DNA of 64,000 nt from Alphaproteobacteria bacterium (GCA_964291395.2 OZ219856.1:1504001-1568000); one strand, 5' to 3'. Counted from the stretch's first letter, positions 1-9,916 are shown. The notes: generated by a model from the letters alone, not told the origin. Made by a program: numbers and translations.

Positions 1-528
1 CACGAGCGCTTCGTTCACCGGATTGACGAAGGAATTGAGGAAGCAGACGGCCACGGCCTGGGAACCGCTGTCGCGAATGACTTCGAAGAGGCCCGATACT
101 TCGTTTTGGTCGGGTTCTTGCAGGACGTCCCCTTCCGCGTTCACCCGCTCGGCGACGCAGTAGCGTCGCTCGCGGGGGACGACGGGTTCGGGCTTGTCCT
201 GCATCAGGTCATACATATCCGGCCGGAAATGGCGTCCGATCTCGAGGACGTCCCGGAACCCCTCCGTGGTCAGCAACGCCGTTCGGGGCAGTTTCTTCTC
301 GAGGACCGCGTTGGTCACGATGGTGGTGCCGTGGACCAGCATGGTGACATCCCCGGCGTCCACCGCCGCGAGTTCAAGACCGCGCTCGATGGCGTTGATC
401 AGGGCCCCGCCGGGGTCGCTCTTGCGGCTCGGGACTTTGGCGACGGTGACGCAGCCCGTGTCTTCCTCAAGGACCGTGATGTCGGTGAAGGTGCCGCCGA
501 TGTCGATGCCGAGCCTTATCGCACCCAT
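1..528 (-). CDS. Hydantoinase/oxoprolinase family protein, subunit A (5' part; runs off the window)
   Basis: Minus-strand translation from ATG at 528: MGAIRLGIDIGGTFTD...VHGTTIVTNAVLE...TTEGFRDVLEIGR, hallmark HyuA/oxoprolinase motifs. Absent from the ORF track because there is no stop inside the window. Confidence 0.9.
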   Translation of the reverse strand, partial: MGAIRLGIDIGGTFTDITVLEEDTGCVTVAKVPSRKSDPGGALINAIERGLELAAVDAGDVTMLVHGTTIVTNAVLEKKLPRTALLTTEGFRDVLEIGRHFRPDMYDLMQDKPEPVVPRERRYCVAERVNAEGDVLQEPDQNEVSGLFEVIRDSGSQAVAVCFLNSFVNPVNEALV

Positions 529-558
529 GCCCGGTTCCTCTCAATCTGAAACATCCGG

Positions 559-1326
559 CTACCGCTCTTTCCGTTGACGTTCGAGCGTTTTCCCCGCCCC
601 GGGAGTGGCCTGATGGAACGACGCCTCGAAGCGGAATTTGCAGCGATCGATGCGATAGGAGATGACACCTGCCTCGATCGGTTCACCGCCCCGGGAATGC
701 CAGGTATAGGTGTTGGCAAGAACCAGCGTCCGGGGCGCGACACCGAGCGCCGCGGAAATCTCACCGGACGCCGAAACGATTTCGCTTTCCCAGTCCACCT
801 GCGCGATACGCGATCCCACGAGATCTTCAAGAACCTTGGATGCATCGTGTTCGATCACACGCTCGGGCCTTAGTCGTTTGGCCACCTCCGGCGGATAGTA
901 TCGCCCGTCATGACAAACGATTCGGTCGTCGACGAGGCGCGTCAGCGACAAATATCCGACCGGACCGTTTGAAGGAAGCCGCAACCGATCGAGAATAAGG
1001 TCCGGGGCGGTCGACTTTGGGTCAAAGGCGAGGACCCGCGTTTCGAAATCTATGCCCTGGCTGGCGAGGTCCTGCTCGAAGCTCTGAAGGGGCGCGAAAT
1101 GACGTGTGATCTTCGGTGGGCTGACCGTCGTGCCCCTGCCCCGCAACCGGGAGACGAGCCCGCTTTTCTCCAGGAGATCCAGTGCTCCCCGGACCGTGAT
1201 ACGACTGACGCCGAACCGTTTCGCGAGTTGCTGTTCGGTGGGGAGCAGCGAATTCGGGGCGAGCAGGTTGATCTCATCCTGGAGGACGGCAGCGACGTCG
1301 AGATATCGGGGCGAGCGCGACGGCAT
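559..1326 (-). CDS. GntR family transcriptional regulator (HutC/UTRA type)
   Basis: LPTEQQLAKRFGVSRITVRGAL...RGRGT winged-HTH plus a UTRA-like C-terminal domain, 255 aa. Confidence 0.9.
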   Translation of the reverse strand: MPSRSPRYLDVAAVLQDEINLLAPNSLLPTEQQLAKRFGVSRITVRGALDLLEKSGLVSRLRGRGTTVSPPKITRHFAPLQSFEQDLASQGIDFETRVLAFDPKSTAPDLILDRLRLPSNGPVGYLSLTRLVDDRIVCHDGRYYPPEVAKRLRPERVIEHDASKVLEDLVGSRIAQVDWESEIVSASGEISAALGVAPRTLVLANTYTWHSRGGEPIEAGVISYRIDRCKFRFEASFHQATPGAGKTLERQRKER

Positions 1327-1376
1327 GAGGTGACAGGCGTGGCAGGTTCGTTACCGGGCATTGTTAATTAGTTATT

Positions 1377-1432
1377 ACCAATTGGTCAAGACTAATCGGG
1401 CTCAACCATTGGGGACTTAACCATTGGGGACT
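1377..1432. promoter_or_regulatory. Palindrome ACCAATTGGT plus a tandem duplicate AACCATTGGGGACT in the divergent gntR/cupin intergenic region
   Basis: Perfect 10-bp palindrome at 1377-1386; 14-bp direct repeats at 1404-1417 and 1419-1432, in AT-rich intergenic DNA. Confidence 0.4.
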
Positions 1433-1501
1433 GGCGCCCGAACGAGAGGTCTTTATCATGGCCTGACCTGGAGGCGGATGCTCTAACGGAGAGATATGTA
1501 A

Positions 1502-2065
1502 ATGACCGAGGGGTACGGACTCGATCGATTTGTCGCGGACATGCGTGCCGTTACGGCCGAGACATCGGACGACGGCGAAATCGTGTCCCGCCTCAAACCG
1601 CTGGCGATTCGGCTTGCCCAGGACAAAAGCTGGCTCAAGCCGGAACACAGGGAGTGCAACAACGCCCAAGCAGCCGCGGTGTATTTGTTGCACGAAGAAC
1701 CCGATCACAGCCTCGCGGTCTTTTCCTCAGCCTACGCGGCCGGACGGGGATTCCCGCCCCACGATCACGGAACCTGGGCCATCGTGGCGGGTGTCGAGGG
1801 AACCGAGATAGATACCTACTGGCGCCGCACCGACGACGGCTCGCGCGAAGGATATGCCGAGCTCGAAAGAGGCACCGAGACGGCTGTCGAAGCGGGCAGC
1901 GCCGTGGCCATGGTCACAGGCGAGATCCACAGCGTAGAGAACCGGACCGATCGGACGAGCATTTCCGTCCACGTCTACGGCCGGCACGTGGGCTTCATCG
2001 ACCGCTCACAGTTCGATCCGGAAACCAACGTTCAGGAACCCTTCCAGGTCACGTTCGAGGATTGA
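1502..2065 (+). CDS. Cysteine dioxygenase-like cupin
   Basis: PPHDHGTWAIV...EIHSVEN...SVHVYG three-His cupin motifs; GGAGAG RBS. Confidence 0.8.
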   Translation: MTEGYGLDRFVADMRAVTAETSDDGEIVSRLKPLAIRLAQDKSWLKPEHRECNNAQAAAVYLLHEEPDHSLAVFSSAYAAGRGFPPHDHGTWAIVAGVEGTEIDTYWRRTDDGSREGYAELERGTETAVEAGSAVAMVTGEIHSVENRTDRTSISVHVYGRHVGFIDRSQFDPETNVQEPFQVTFED

Positions 2066-2073
2066 GCGGACGC

Positions 2074-2490
2074 ATGGTCCACGATCGCATTCGCAGGTTC
2101 AATAACGCGCACCTCTATCCCGGTCAGGGGATCAGCAACGACAACTGCATGGCGGTGCGGGCGGGCAGCCACGTCTTCCTGCGGGGACAGACCGGCCTCG
2201 ATTTCGATGGAAACCTGGTTGGACCCGGCGATCCCGCGGCGCAGACCGAAAACGCCATGCGTTGCGCCCGGATTCTGCTCGAGGAGGCCGGCTCCAGCCT
2301 CGATCATATCTGCAAAATCACGGTTTACGTGGTGGACCGCGCCCACCGTGGGCCCGTGTACGAAGTCATCGGAAAATGGCTCAAAGGGGTCCATCCCGTC
2401 TCGACGGGACTGATCGTCGCCGGTTTCGCCCGTGAGGATCTGCTCATGGAAATCGACATTCACGCGGTCATTCCGAACGACAAGGCCTGA
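2074..2490 (+). CDS. RidA/YjgF/UK114 family protein
   Basis: From ATG 2074: VRAGSHVFLRGQTG...KITVY...PVSTG...LMEIDIHAV. Confidence 0.85.
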   Translation: MVHDRIRRFNNAHLYPGQGISNDNCMAVRAGSHVFLRGQTGLDFDGNLVGPGDPAAQTENAMRCARILLEEAGSSLDHICKITVYVVDRAHRGPVYEVIGKWLKGVHPVSTGLIVAGFAREDLLMEIDIHAVIPNDKA

Positions 2491-2549
2491 TTCATGGTCA
2501 GTCGACCGTGACCTCGGGGTCCGACAGGCGAATCCGAACGATCGTCACA

Positions 2550-3039
2550 TCAAGACCGCCGGGTTTTCGCGGCATTCCGGCGACCTGGATGGCTTTTCCC
2601 GGCGTGTCGGACGACGCCCCGGGCCTCACCGACGATGACGGCCTCGCCGTTCCCGTTCTCGCACCATACCTCCAGGGTGATCCGCTCTCCATCGTGAACG
2701 GGATTTCGAGCGGTCACGCGCGCCTTGGCCTGGATCGTGTCGTCAATGAATACACTCTTCGTGATTTTGGCATCCACGACGCCGCTCCGGTGCCAATCCG
2801 AGCCGAAAAGCGAGACCATCAATTCCAGAAGTATGCCTTCGGACTGCGTGCCGGACGCGATAATTGAATCGAGACCCGCCTCCCCCGCTCTTTCAGCGCT
2901 CGTATGGAGATTTGCTTCGGGCCAGCCTGGTGAATCGAACGGACCGCCCGGAGAAAGCCAGCATTCTGGCAAGGCTGAGTCTCCGCGGGCGTCCTTCGAG
3001 GAGTTTGCCGGCGGCGGCACCGGACAGTCGTGACGGCAC
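2550..3039 (-). CDS. MaoC-like (hotdog) dehydratase, with a +1 frameshift near 2948
   Basis: GTG 3039 gives MPSRLSG...RMLAFSG, which continues in another frame as GPFDSPGWPEANLHTS...ASGTQSEG...KSVFIDDTI. Span 490 = 3n+1, with an extra base in the CCC run at 2947-2949. Confidence 0.7.
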
Positions 3040-3041
3040 GT

Positions 3042-3503
3042 TCAATCTGCCTTCGACGGTTCGCCGGAATCGTCCCCGAAGAAGAAAGTGTCGTGCATCT
3101 CCCTACGAATGATTGGCGTGCCGTCCTTCGCGTCGATGGCGATCGCGATCCGCTGATACCGGCGACCTCGTTTCTCATAGGTTTCCGCGACGCGCCAGCT
3201 CGCCCGCAGGCGCTGCCCGACGCGCGCCGGATTCAGGAACTCGACGTGCTCGCGCGCAAAGATGGAACCGGAATCCGGCGCCAGTCGGAACGATGGGCTT
3301 CGTGTCCGGGCGGACATGTGCAACAACAAGACCGGGTGGACGAGCGCGGCGCCCGCCTCGTCTCCATCGACGTATTGCGGGTCGAAGTCCTCCAGCGCGA
3401 ACAGGAATTGCTGGTTGATCTCCGGCGTGATCGTGAACTCCAGCGGTTCGTACTCGTCCCCCTCTTCCATTTCGTGGGCGTACTTCGGTTCGCTCGCACT
3501 CAT
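3042..3503 (-). CDS. MaoC-like (hotdog) dehydratase N-subunit
   Basis: ALEDFDPQY...VHP...EFLNPARVGQRLRASWRVAETYEKRGRRY hotdog pattern. Confidence 0.75.
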   Translation of the reverse strand: MSASEPKYAHEMEEGDEYEPLEFTITPEINQQFLFALEDFDPQYVDGDEAGAALVHPVLLLHMSARTRSPSFRLAPDSGSIFAREHVEFLNPARVGQRLRASWRVAETYEKRGRRYQRIAIAIDAKDGTPIIRREMHDTFFFGDDSGEPSKAD

Positions 3504-3546
3504 GTGCTTGGTTCGTCCTCAACCGCGGCGCCGAGGTGTCCTACCC

Positions 3547-3580
3547 GAATTCATCGGGGTCGGACCTGGTATCCGGCCTC
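3547..3580. repeat. Degenerate copy of a REP-like palindrome (GGGGTCGGA...TCCGACCCC family)
   Basis: GAATTCATCGGGGTCGGACCTGGTATCCGGCCTC resembles 26422-26455. Confidence 0.5.
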
Positions 3581-3608
3581 ATGTTACAGTCAAACCAAGG
3601 CTTCGACG

Positions 3609-4361
3609 CTAGTGCGAAAAGCGCTTCATCCCGCCGTCGACGTAGAGGACCGAACCGGTGATCTGCTGCGCCCGAGGCGAGGCGATGAAGGCCACGAGGC
3701 TGCCGATGTCATCTGGCTCGCCGAACACGCCTGACGGGATATTGGTGGCGGCAAACCGTGCCTCCACCTCACCCGGATAGTTGCGCCGGGTCTGTTCGGA
3801 GTGAATGCGGCCCGGAATGATGCAGTTCGAGGTGACGCCGTCCTTGGAGTGTTCGCGGGACAAGCCCTTTGACCACGCCTGAACCGCCGCCTTGGCGCAG
3901 GTCGCGGCATTGATGCTGATCGGCTCCATGGTGCCGGTGACGCTGATGACGCGGCCCCACCGACGTTCAACCATGCCCGGGATGAACTGATCGGAGACCC
4001 GCCGAACAGCCCACCAGTTCAGATCCATGGCCTCGATCCAGACCTGCTCGTCCGTGCCCACCGGCGCGGGAATGGCGGCGCCCGCATTGTTCACCAGGAT
4101 GTCCAGGTTACCGAGCGCCTCGTCCACGCCCTTTTTCAGCCTGGTTGCGGCATCATGCGCCGTGATGTCCTGCGCGATAACGGCCGGGCGGGCGTGGCCG
4201 GCGGCGGCGATCTCGTCGGCGACCCGCTCGAGCCGTTCACCGCGGCGCGCCGTGATGGCAACCCTGCAGCCCTCCTCCGCCAGGGATTTCGCCGTTCCAG
4301 CGCCGATTCCGGCACTCGCCCCGGTGACGAGAGCCGTTCGGCCTTCAAGGTGCAGGTCCAT
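3609..4361 (-). CDS. SDR family oxidoreductase
   Basis: TGASAGIG, DILVNNAG, ITGSVLYVDGG. Confidence 0.9.
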   Translation of the reverse strand: MDLHLEGRTALVTGASAGIGAGTAKSLAEEGCRVAITARRGERLERVADEIAAAGHARPAVIAQDITAHDAATRLKKGVDEALGNLDILVNNAGAAIPAPVGTDEQVWIEAMDLNWWAVRRVSDQFIPGMVERRWGRVISVTGTMEPISINAATCAKAAVQAWSKGLSREHSKDGVTSNCIIPGRIHSEQTRRNYPGEVEARFAATNIPSGVFGEPDDIGSLVAFIASPRAQQITGSVLYVDGGMKRFSH

Positions 4362-4395
4362 GCGACGTCTCCTCCGTCGAGCGCGGTCGTGCGGA

Positions 4396-5255
4396 CTAGG
4401 CGAGCCGCATCTGCTCGAGCATCGTCGAGCACAGGGGTGTCAGGGGGTTGCCGAGCGAGAACAGGATCGAGAAGTGCTGATCGTACTCGGGCTTCAAGTA
4501 CGTGACTTGGCTGCCCTGCTCCCTCAGGACGTCCACGTACTCATCCGTCATGCGGATCCACTCTCGGGTTTCGCGGCCGCCCACGGCGACAACGAGCGGG
4601 ACATGCGGCGCGGGCGGCATGTGGTTCGCGCTGACCGAGCGCACGTCGTTCGGTTCGACCAACAATTCCTCAGCGCCCGGCACCATCAGGATGGGTTCCA
4701 GATCCAGGATGCCGCTGACGATCGTGCCGCCCTTGACGACGTCGCGGGGCAGGCCGAGATCGTCGAGATAGTCGTCCCGGCATATCATCGACGCCAAGTG
4801 GCCGCCGGCCGAGTGACCCGACACGTAGATCTTGTCGCGGTCGCCGTTGGCCTCTTCGGCATTCTCCCAGACCCATTTCAAAGCCGCGCGCACCTGCCGG
4901 ATGACTTCGGTCCAGCGGGACGGTGGGGCAGAGATCGTAGTTCAATAGCACTGACGCCCCACCCGCGTCCTGCACGACCGGTGCGACGAGGCTGTGGTCG
5001 AAACTGTCCAGGAAACGCCAAAAGCCTCCGTGGACGAATATGTTGATCGGAGACCCTGGCTTGTTGGCCGGAAAGATGTCGAGCGTCTGTCCCGGCGTGT
5101 CTCCGTAGGGGATGCGCAGTTTCCCCCCGCGCCGCAAACGCACGAGCTCGCTCGCCAGGGTCCATTGCGCCTTCCAGACCTCATGCTCCGGCACGTGGAT
5201 CTGCGGGCGTGTACTGAAAGAGGAACTCCTCGCGCGTCATATCACGGTAGAACAT
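4396..5255 (-). CDS. Alpha/beta hydrolase (kynurenine formamidase/arylformamidase-like), two +1 frameshifts
   Basis: MFYRDMTREE..QYTP / IHVPEH...FVHGGFW...LCPTVPL / TEVIRQVRAAL...SGHSAGGHL. Span 860 = 3n+2, with extra bases near 5206 and 4912. Confidence 0.8.
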
Positions 5256-5361
5256 GGAAGAAACGTCCGTCTCGACGGCCCGTGTTGCCGGGGTGCCCGC
5301 GAGATCGCTGCCCTCGTTTGGTTCAAGCGTTTGACTCATCTCTGGTCGCCATCTATCGATC

Positions 5362-6417
5362 GTGTACCCGTTCCACTTGGAGTATCACGGCATCTCGCCC
5401 CTTGAAAACCGCCGCCTCGTGCTCCGTAGCCGCCCCCAACGACTTGCCGGGCCCGAAAACTTTGAGCTGCAGAGGGTCGAGATCGAGCCCTTGACGGAGG
5501 GACAGGCCCTCGTCGCCGTCGAAATTGCCGCTCTCTCCGCCTGGCAGGGGATGAGGACCAAGGACTTCAAGAACTTCATCCGGCCCTTCGAGGTCGGCGA
5601 GCTGATCAGCTGCGACACCTTCGCGCGGGTCGTGGAGAGCAAGTGTGACGCGCTTCCGGTCGGCGCCGCCGTCATGGGCCGCCAGGGCTGGCAGGACTAC
5701 GCCGTGGTCACGCCCCGGGATGTCAAGGTCGTCTCGGACGGCTACACGGCGGAGGAATGGATGACGGCCTTGTCGTCTCCGGGTCAGACGCCCTATCTCG
5801 CGTTCACCCAAAAAGCGCGTCCGATGCCGGGCGAAACCCTGGTCGTCAGTTCGGCGGCAGGCGCCGTCGGGTCATACGCTTTGCAGTTGGGAAAGCTCGG
5901 CGGCATGCGCGTCGTCGGCATTGCCGGCGGTCCGGAGAAGACCGCCTACGTTCGCGACCGGATCGGTGCCGATGCCGCCGTGGACTACAAATCCCGGAAT
6001 TTCGAAATGGAGTTGGCCGACGCCTGCCCCGACGGCGTGCACCTTTACTTCGACTTGGTCGGGGGGACGGTGTCGGACGCTGTGTCGGAAATCCTCGCCA
6101 TGCGCTCCCATATCCTGTTGGTGGGCCGGATCGCCGCCAACAACAGCACCGCGCCTGAACGAGACATGGCCAACATGCGCCACATCTGGTCCCGGGAAAC
6201 CACCGTGCATGCCTTCAACCGCTACGCCTATGCGGATCTCTACCCGTATGTCATCGACCGGCTCGGCGCGTTGTTGCGCGCCGGTCAGCTGAGGATGCAC
6301 AACGCCATTCTGGACGGCATGGAATCCACGCCTGAATTCCTCAACCAGAAGCTCGCCGGCCGGCACTTGGGCAAGGTTCTCGTCCGGTATGCGAACGAAA
6401 ACGGTAATAGAATCTGA
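5362..6417 (+). CDS. NADP-dependent oxidoreductase (MDR, CurA/prostaglandin reductase-like)
   Basis: NRRLVLRSRP...GWQDYAV...VSSAAGAVGS...GIAGGPEK...GKVLV. Start codon uncertain. Confidence 0.85.
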   Translation: MYPFHLEYHGISPLENRRLVLRSRPQRLAGPENFELQRVEIEPLTEGQALVAVEIAALSAWQGMRTKDFKNFIRPFEVGELISCDTFARVVESKCDALPVGAAVMGRQGWQDYAVVTPRDVKVVSDGYTAEEWMTALSSPGQTPYLAFTQKARPMPGETLVVSSAAGAVGSYALQLGKLGGMRVVGIAGGPEKTAYVRDRIGADAAVDYKSRNFEMELADACPDGVHLYFDLVGGTVSDAVSEILAMRSHILLVGRIAANNSTAPERDMANMRHIWSRETTVHAFNRYAYADLYPYVIDRLGALLRAGQLRMHNAILDGMESTPEFLNQKLAGRHLGKVLVRYANENGNRI

Positions 6418-6474
6418 CCTCGCCGCTCATCCCGCGGCGCATCGGTGACAGCGGCGGGAACCTGCGGCGCGTCG

Positions 6475-6873
6475 CTATTTCCTGGCGGCGACGGCGCAGA
6501 CTTCGATCTTCCACTCGGGCTGGGTCAGACCGGCAACCGTGATCATCGCGGCCGCCCACTTCGGCGCATCCGGACCCGATCCGACGACCTTTTCCCTTCC
6601 CGCGCGGTAACCCGGGATGTCGTCCTTGTTCACGATGAAGGTCTGGGTGGACACGAGGTCTTCAAGGTCCATACCCCGTTCGCGAAGCACGGCTTGGATG
6701 TTGAGGAACACCTGCTCGGTCTGTTCCTCCATGCTCCCGGGTATTGTGCCGTCCGGCCGAATTCCGACTTGGCCCGCGACATAGATGATCCGCTCACCCG
6801 CCTCGACCTCGACGCCGTGCATGTAGGCCGCCACCGGCGTGAACATGGATTCCGGGTTGTAGCGATGAACCAT
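6475..6873 (-). CDS. RidA family protein
   Basis: YMHGVEV...IYVAGQVG...EQTEQVFLNI...VAGLTQPEWKIEV. Confidence 0.85.
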   Translation of the reverse strand: MVHRYNPESMFTPVAAYMHGVEVEAGERIIYVAGQVGIRPDGTIPGSMEEQTEQVFLNIQAVLRERGMDLEDLVSTQTFIVNKDDIPGYRAGREKVVGSGPDAPKWAAAMITVAGLTQPEWKIEVCAVAARK

Positions 6874-7007
6874 GGTTTCTCCCTTTCCTGAACGGGACTG
6901 TCGTATTCGAGGGCTGTAACTTGCGCGGCGGCGGGGTCACGTTCAAGTCGGGGATCGATGCTTTTCACCGGCGGCGCCCGGAGCTAACTTGAAGGGTGTC
7001 GCAGACC

Positions 7008-7097
7008 GGATGGGTGCCCGAGCGGTTGAAGGGACCGGTCTTGAAAACCGGCAGGGGTTTACGCTCCTCGTGGGTTCGAATCCCACCCCATCCGCCA
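7008..7097 (+). tRNA. tRNA-Ser (anticodon TGA)
   Basis: GGATGGG acceptor stem pairs with CCCATCC; anticodon arm CCGGT-CTTGAAA-ACCGG; long variable arm; GGTTCGAATCC T-loop; encoded CCA; 90 nt. Confidence 0.97.
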
Positions 7098-7223
7098 TAT
7101 CTCCTTCCAGGCATTACCCGTGAATGCCACGAGAACCCCAAATTTCCGGGGTTTTCGACATATGGCGGTCTTACACGTTCCCGAAAATATCCTATGTTAC
7201 CCCACATGAATGTGGGGCTGTCT

Positions 7224-7462
7224 GTGGCGAGGCTGAACGCTGCGAAAATCAAGTCGATCAAGAAGCCGTGCATGCCCGGCGACGGGAACGGGCTCTATCT
7301 GCACGTCACAAGGTCGGAATCGCGGTCATGGATGCAGAGGAAGGTACTGCGGGCAACGGACCTTGCCGAGTGCGCTACCGTGCACGGCTTCGTTCTACAT
7401 TCCGGGATTAGGCAGCAGAATGTACCAACGCGCCGCACGCCGTCATGGAGTTGAGCCTCGCG
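7224..7462 (+). pseudogene. Collapsed P4-type integrase: arm-binding N-terminus joined directly to a catalytic-domain fragment
   Basis: MARLNAAKIKSIKKP..GDGNGLYLHV....SWMQR is followed immediately by VLRATDLAECATVHGF(fs)STFRD*AAECTNAPHAVMELSLA; lies directly downstream of the tRNA. Confidence 0.85.
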
Positions 7463-7512
7463 CGCGGCAGAATGTCATTCTTGAGCTGGGCTTCTTCCTC
7501 GGGAGTCTCGGC
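7453..7512 (+). pseudogene. Fragment of a TIR-like nucleotide-binding protein (PF10137/Cap12-Pycsar TIR type)
   Basis: EPRARQNVILELGFFLGSLG matches the family signature RARQNV..E.GFF.G.LG. Confidence 0.65.
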
Positions 7513-7593
7513 TGTCAACGCCAGCCGTCCAATCCGCATCGCACCCGCTCCAGGATCGGACCCGAGGCCTAACCCCAGGCCCGACTCAACTCG

Positions 7594-7815
7594 CTAATCG
7601 CCCCCCAACAATTTCTTCAGGGGGTTCTCGGCGATGCATTTCTGGTGTTTCGGCAGGTCGCAGTCGAGCTGGATCAACCCCACCCAGACGAGTGTCTGCG
7701 GATTCATGATCGAGATGAACACGAACACGCCCAGGCCGAATAGGGCGATCACGACCAAGTGGATGTACCGGTCGAGCAGACGTTTTGTCCTTTCCGGCAG
7801 GTTGCTGGATGTCAT
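7594..7815 (-). CDS. Small membrane protein, hypothetical (73 aa)
   Basis: One hydrophobic helix YIHLVVIALFGLGVFVFISIM and a C-terminal Cys pair. Confidence 0.55.
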   Translation of the reverse strand: MTSSNLPERTKRLLDRYIHLVVIALFGLGVFVFISIMNPQTLVWVGLIQLDCDLPKHQKCIAENPLKKLLGGD

Positions 7816-7914
7816 TCGTCTGCTTTCCGTGAACCGGCATCCCATCGATTCCGGGCGCGCATCCTTAGCACAACGCTGCGACGGGGTGAATGATGTCGCA
7901 CCGGTCTTGCCGCG

Positions 7915-8877
7915 TCACGGATCACGAACCAGAGGCATGAGCTCTTTCGCGTGGCGTTCCATCCGCTCCATCGTCTCGTCCACGGTGTCACCGATGAATC
8001 GGAACATCAGAAGGCTGCCGCCCTGGCGGCGAAAGAACTCGATATCGCCCGCAATTTCTTCGGCGGTTCCGGAGAGGAAATGTCGCGACCCGTCCTCCGC
8101 CTCGAGGCCTTCACCCAAGCCATACCATTGCGCCCAGAAGCCGAGCCTGATGCTTGCCGGGTCTCGACCCCTCTCCTCCGCCACCGCATGAAGCCGTTGC
8201 ACGTTTTCCTGGTAGCGCTTCCGCGTATCCATGCGGTTTCTCGGGTTGCGTCCGATCGGAAACCACCCGTCGCCAAGTTCCACGACCCGGCGGATGGCAG
8301 GCGCACTCTCGCCGCCGATGTAGATCGGCGGATGCGGTTTCTGGACCGGTTTCGGTTCGAAGATGATGTTCGAGAAATCGACGTGGTCACCCGACATCGC
8401 CGGGGTGCCGCTGGTCCATAATTCCTTGAAGGCCCGGATGTATTCGTCCGTGACTCTTCCCCGCTCCGCGAACGGGGGCGCCCCCAGGGCCTGGAACTCC
8501 TCTTCCAGCCAACCGGCGCCGCAGGCCACCGTTACCCGGCCTTCCGAGAGGACGTCCATGGTTGCCAGCATCTTCGCGGTCATGATCGCGGGCCGATACG
8601 GCACGACCATGACCGACGTCATGACCCGCATTCTCCTGGTGACCGCTGTCACGAATGTCATGGCCGTGAGCTGATCGAGAAAATCGCCTTCGTCGCCCCG
8701 CGGGAGCCGACCCATTTCCGAGTACGGGTGCACCGACGCATAGTTCCGCGGCATGACGATATGATCGGGAAACGCCACGTACTCGAAGCCGAGTTCTTCG
8801 CCCCTAACGGCCACCGCCCGGATCGCCTCGGGCGTGTCCAGAGGTGCCTGCACGTGAAGCCCGAAGCCGAATTGCAT
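7915..8877 (-). CDS. LLM class (luciferase-like, F420-dependent type) oxidoreductase
   Basis: AFPDHIVMP...AKMLATMDVLSEGR...GAGWLEEEF...PKPVQKPHPPIYIGG...DGW. Confidence 0.9.
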   Translation of the reverse strand: MQFGFGLHVQAPLDTPEAIRAVAVRGEELGFEYVAFPDHIVMPRNYASVHPYSEMGRLPRGDEGDFLDQLTAMTFVTAVTRRMRVMTSVMVVPYRPAIMTAKMLATMDVLSEGRVTVACGAGWLEEEFQALGAPPFAERGRVTDEYIRAFKELWTSGTPAMSGDHVDFSNIIFEPKPVQKPHPPIYIGGESAPAIRRVVELGDGWFPIGRNPRNRMDTRKRYQENVQRLHAVAEERGRDPASIRLGFWAQWYGLGEGLEAEDGSRHFLSGTAEEIAGDIEFFRRQGGSLLMFRFIGDTVDETMERMERHAKELMPLVRDP

Positions 8878-9022
8878 GCTCTCTCCCGACATTATTGCGT
8901 CTCCGCAGCGAACACGGATGGCGCTATAATGCCCTTCAAGGTCGACGGCGGATCGACTGGAAAATTACCCGACGTGCTCATCATTCCGCAAAGGCGGTTG
9001 CGGCCGCAAAACGGTAATCGTC

Positions 9023-9826
9023 ATGAACCTAACGTCCCAAGAACTCGGGCAGCTCGAGGAGGAAGGCTATCTCTTCTTCCCGGATCGGTTTTCCGCCGAG
9101 GAGGTCCGCGTCCTGCGCGCCGCTGCGGCGGACGTCTATGCCATGGAGCGCGAGGAGGTCTGGCGTGAATCTTCCGGTGTCCCGCGCACCGCGTTCGCGG
9201 CGCATACATATCACGAGGCCTTCCGGCGTTTGGGCCGGCACCCGCGATTGCTCGAGCCGGTCGAACAGGTCATCGGCGGACCGCTTTACATGCACCAGTT
9301 CAAGGTCAATGCCAAAGTGCCGTTCGACGGCGAAATATGGCAATGGCATCAGGATTTTGGCGTCTGGCACCGCGACGACGAGATGCCGGAGCCGCGGGCC
9401 ATGAACATCGCCCTGTTCCTGGACGACGTGACCGCGGCCAACGGTCCGCTGCTCTTTCTGCCCGGCAGCCACAGGCTCGGCGTAATCGAAGCGAGCCATG
9501 ACACCGAGGAGACGAGCTATCCCCTCTGGACCTTGGGCCGGGAAACCATCACGAAGATCGCGGAGCGCGGAGGCTGCGTCGCGCCGACCGGCCCCGCGGG
9601 AAGCATGCTGATGTTCTCATCGCTGCTCGTACACGCGAGCCCGCCCAACATCAGCCCTCTCGACCGTAGTATCGTCTACCTCTCGCTCTGCCACGTCGAC
9701 AATCACATTCGCAGGTTTCAGCGTCCGGAATGGATCGCTCACCGGGACTTCACGCCGGTCGAGGCCTTGGACGACGAATGCCTGCTGGAGCTGGCGGGGT
9801 CGCTTCCGGCCCACGCCGCTGAATAG
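9023..9826 (+). CDS. Phytanoyl-CoA dioxygenase family 2OG-Fe(II) hydroxylase
   Basis: YMHQFKVNAK...WHQDF...NGPLLFLPGSH...VHASPPN. Confidence 0.88.
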   Translation: MNLTSQELGQLEEEGYLFFPDRFSAEEVRVLRAAAADVYAMEREEVWRESSGVPRTAFAAHTYHEAFRRLGRHPRLLEPVEQVIGGPLYMHQFKVNAKVPFDGEIWQWHQDFGVWHRDDEMPEPRAMNIALFLDDVTAANGPLLFLPGSHRLGVIEASHDTEETSYPLWTLGRETITKIAERGGCVAPTGPAGSMLMFSSLLVHASPPNISPLDRSIVYLSLCHVDNHIRRFQRPEWIAHRDFTPVEALDDECLLELAGSLPAHAAE

Positions 9827-9916
9827 CGGCGTTCCCAACCGCGTCGCGCTTCATCAGACCGGCTCGGCGACGACGCAGGTGTTCCCGCGCCCGCCGCACG
9901 CCCCCGTCGTAACTGC

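Noticed and set aside
7008-7097. Selenocysteine or suppressor tRNA
   Set aside because: Anticodon TGA reads UCA (Ser); a Sec tRNA would have TCA and an 8-bp acceptor stem.
9023-9826. Ectoine hydroxylase (ectD)
   Set aside because: The motif is WQWHQDFGVWHRDD, not the EctD signature FxWHSDFETWHxEDG, and there is no ectABC nearby. Kept as a generic PhyH-family hydroxylase.
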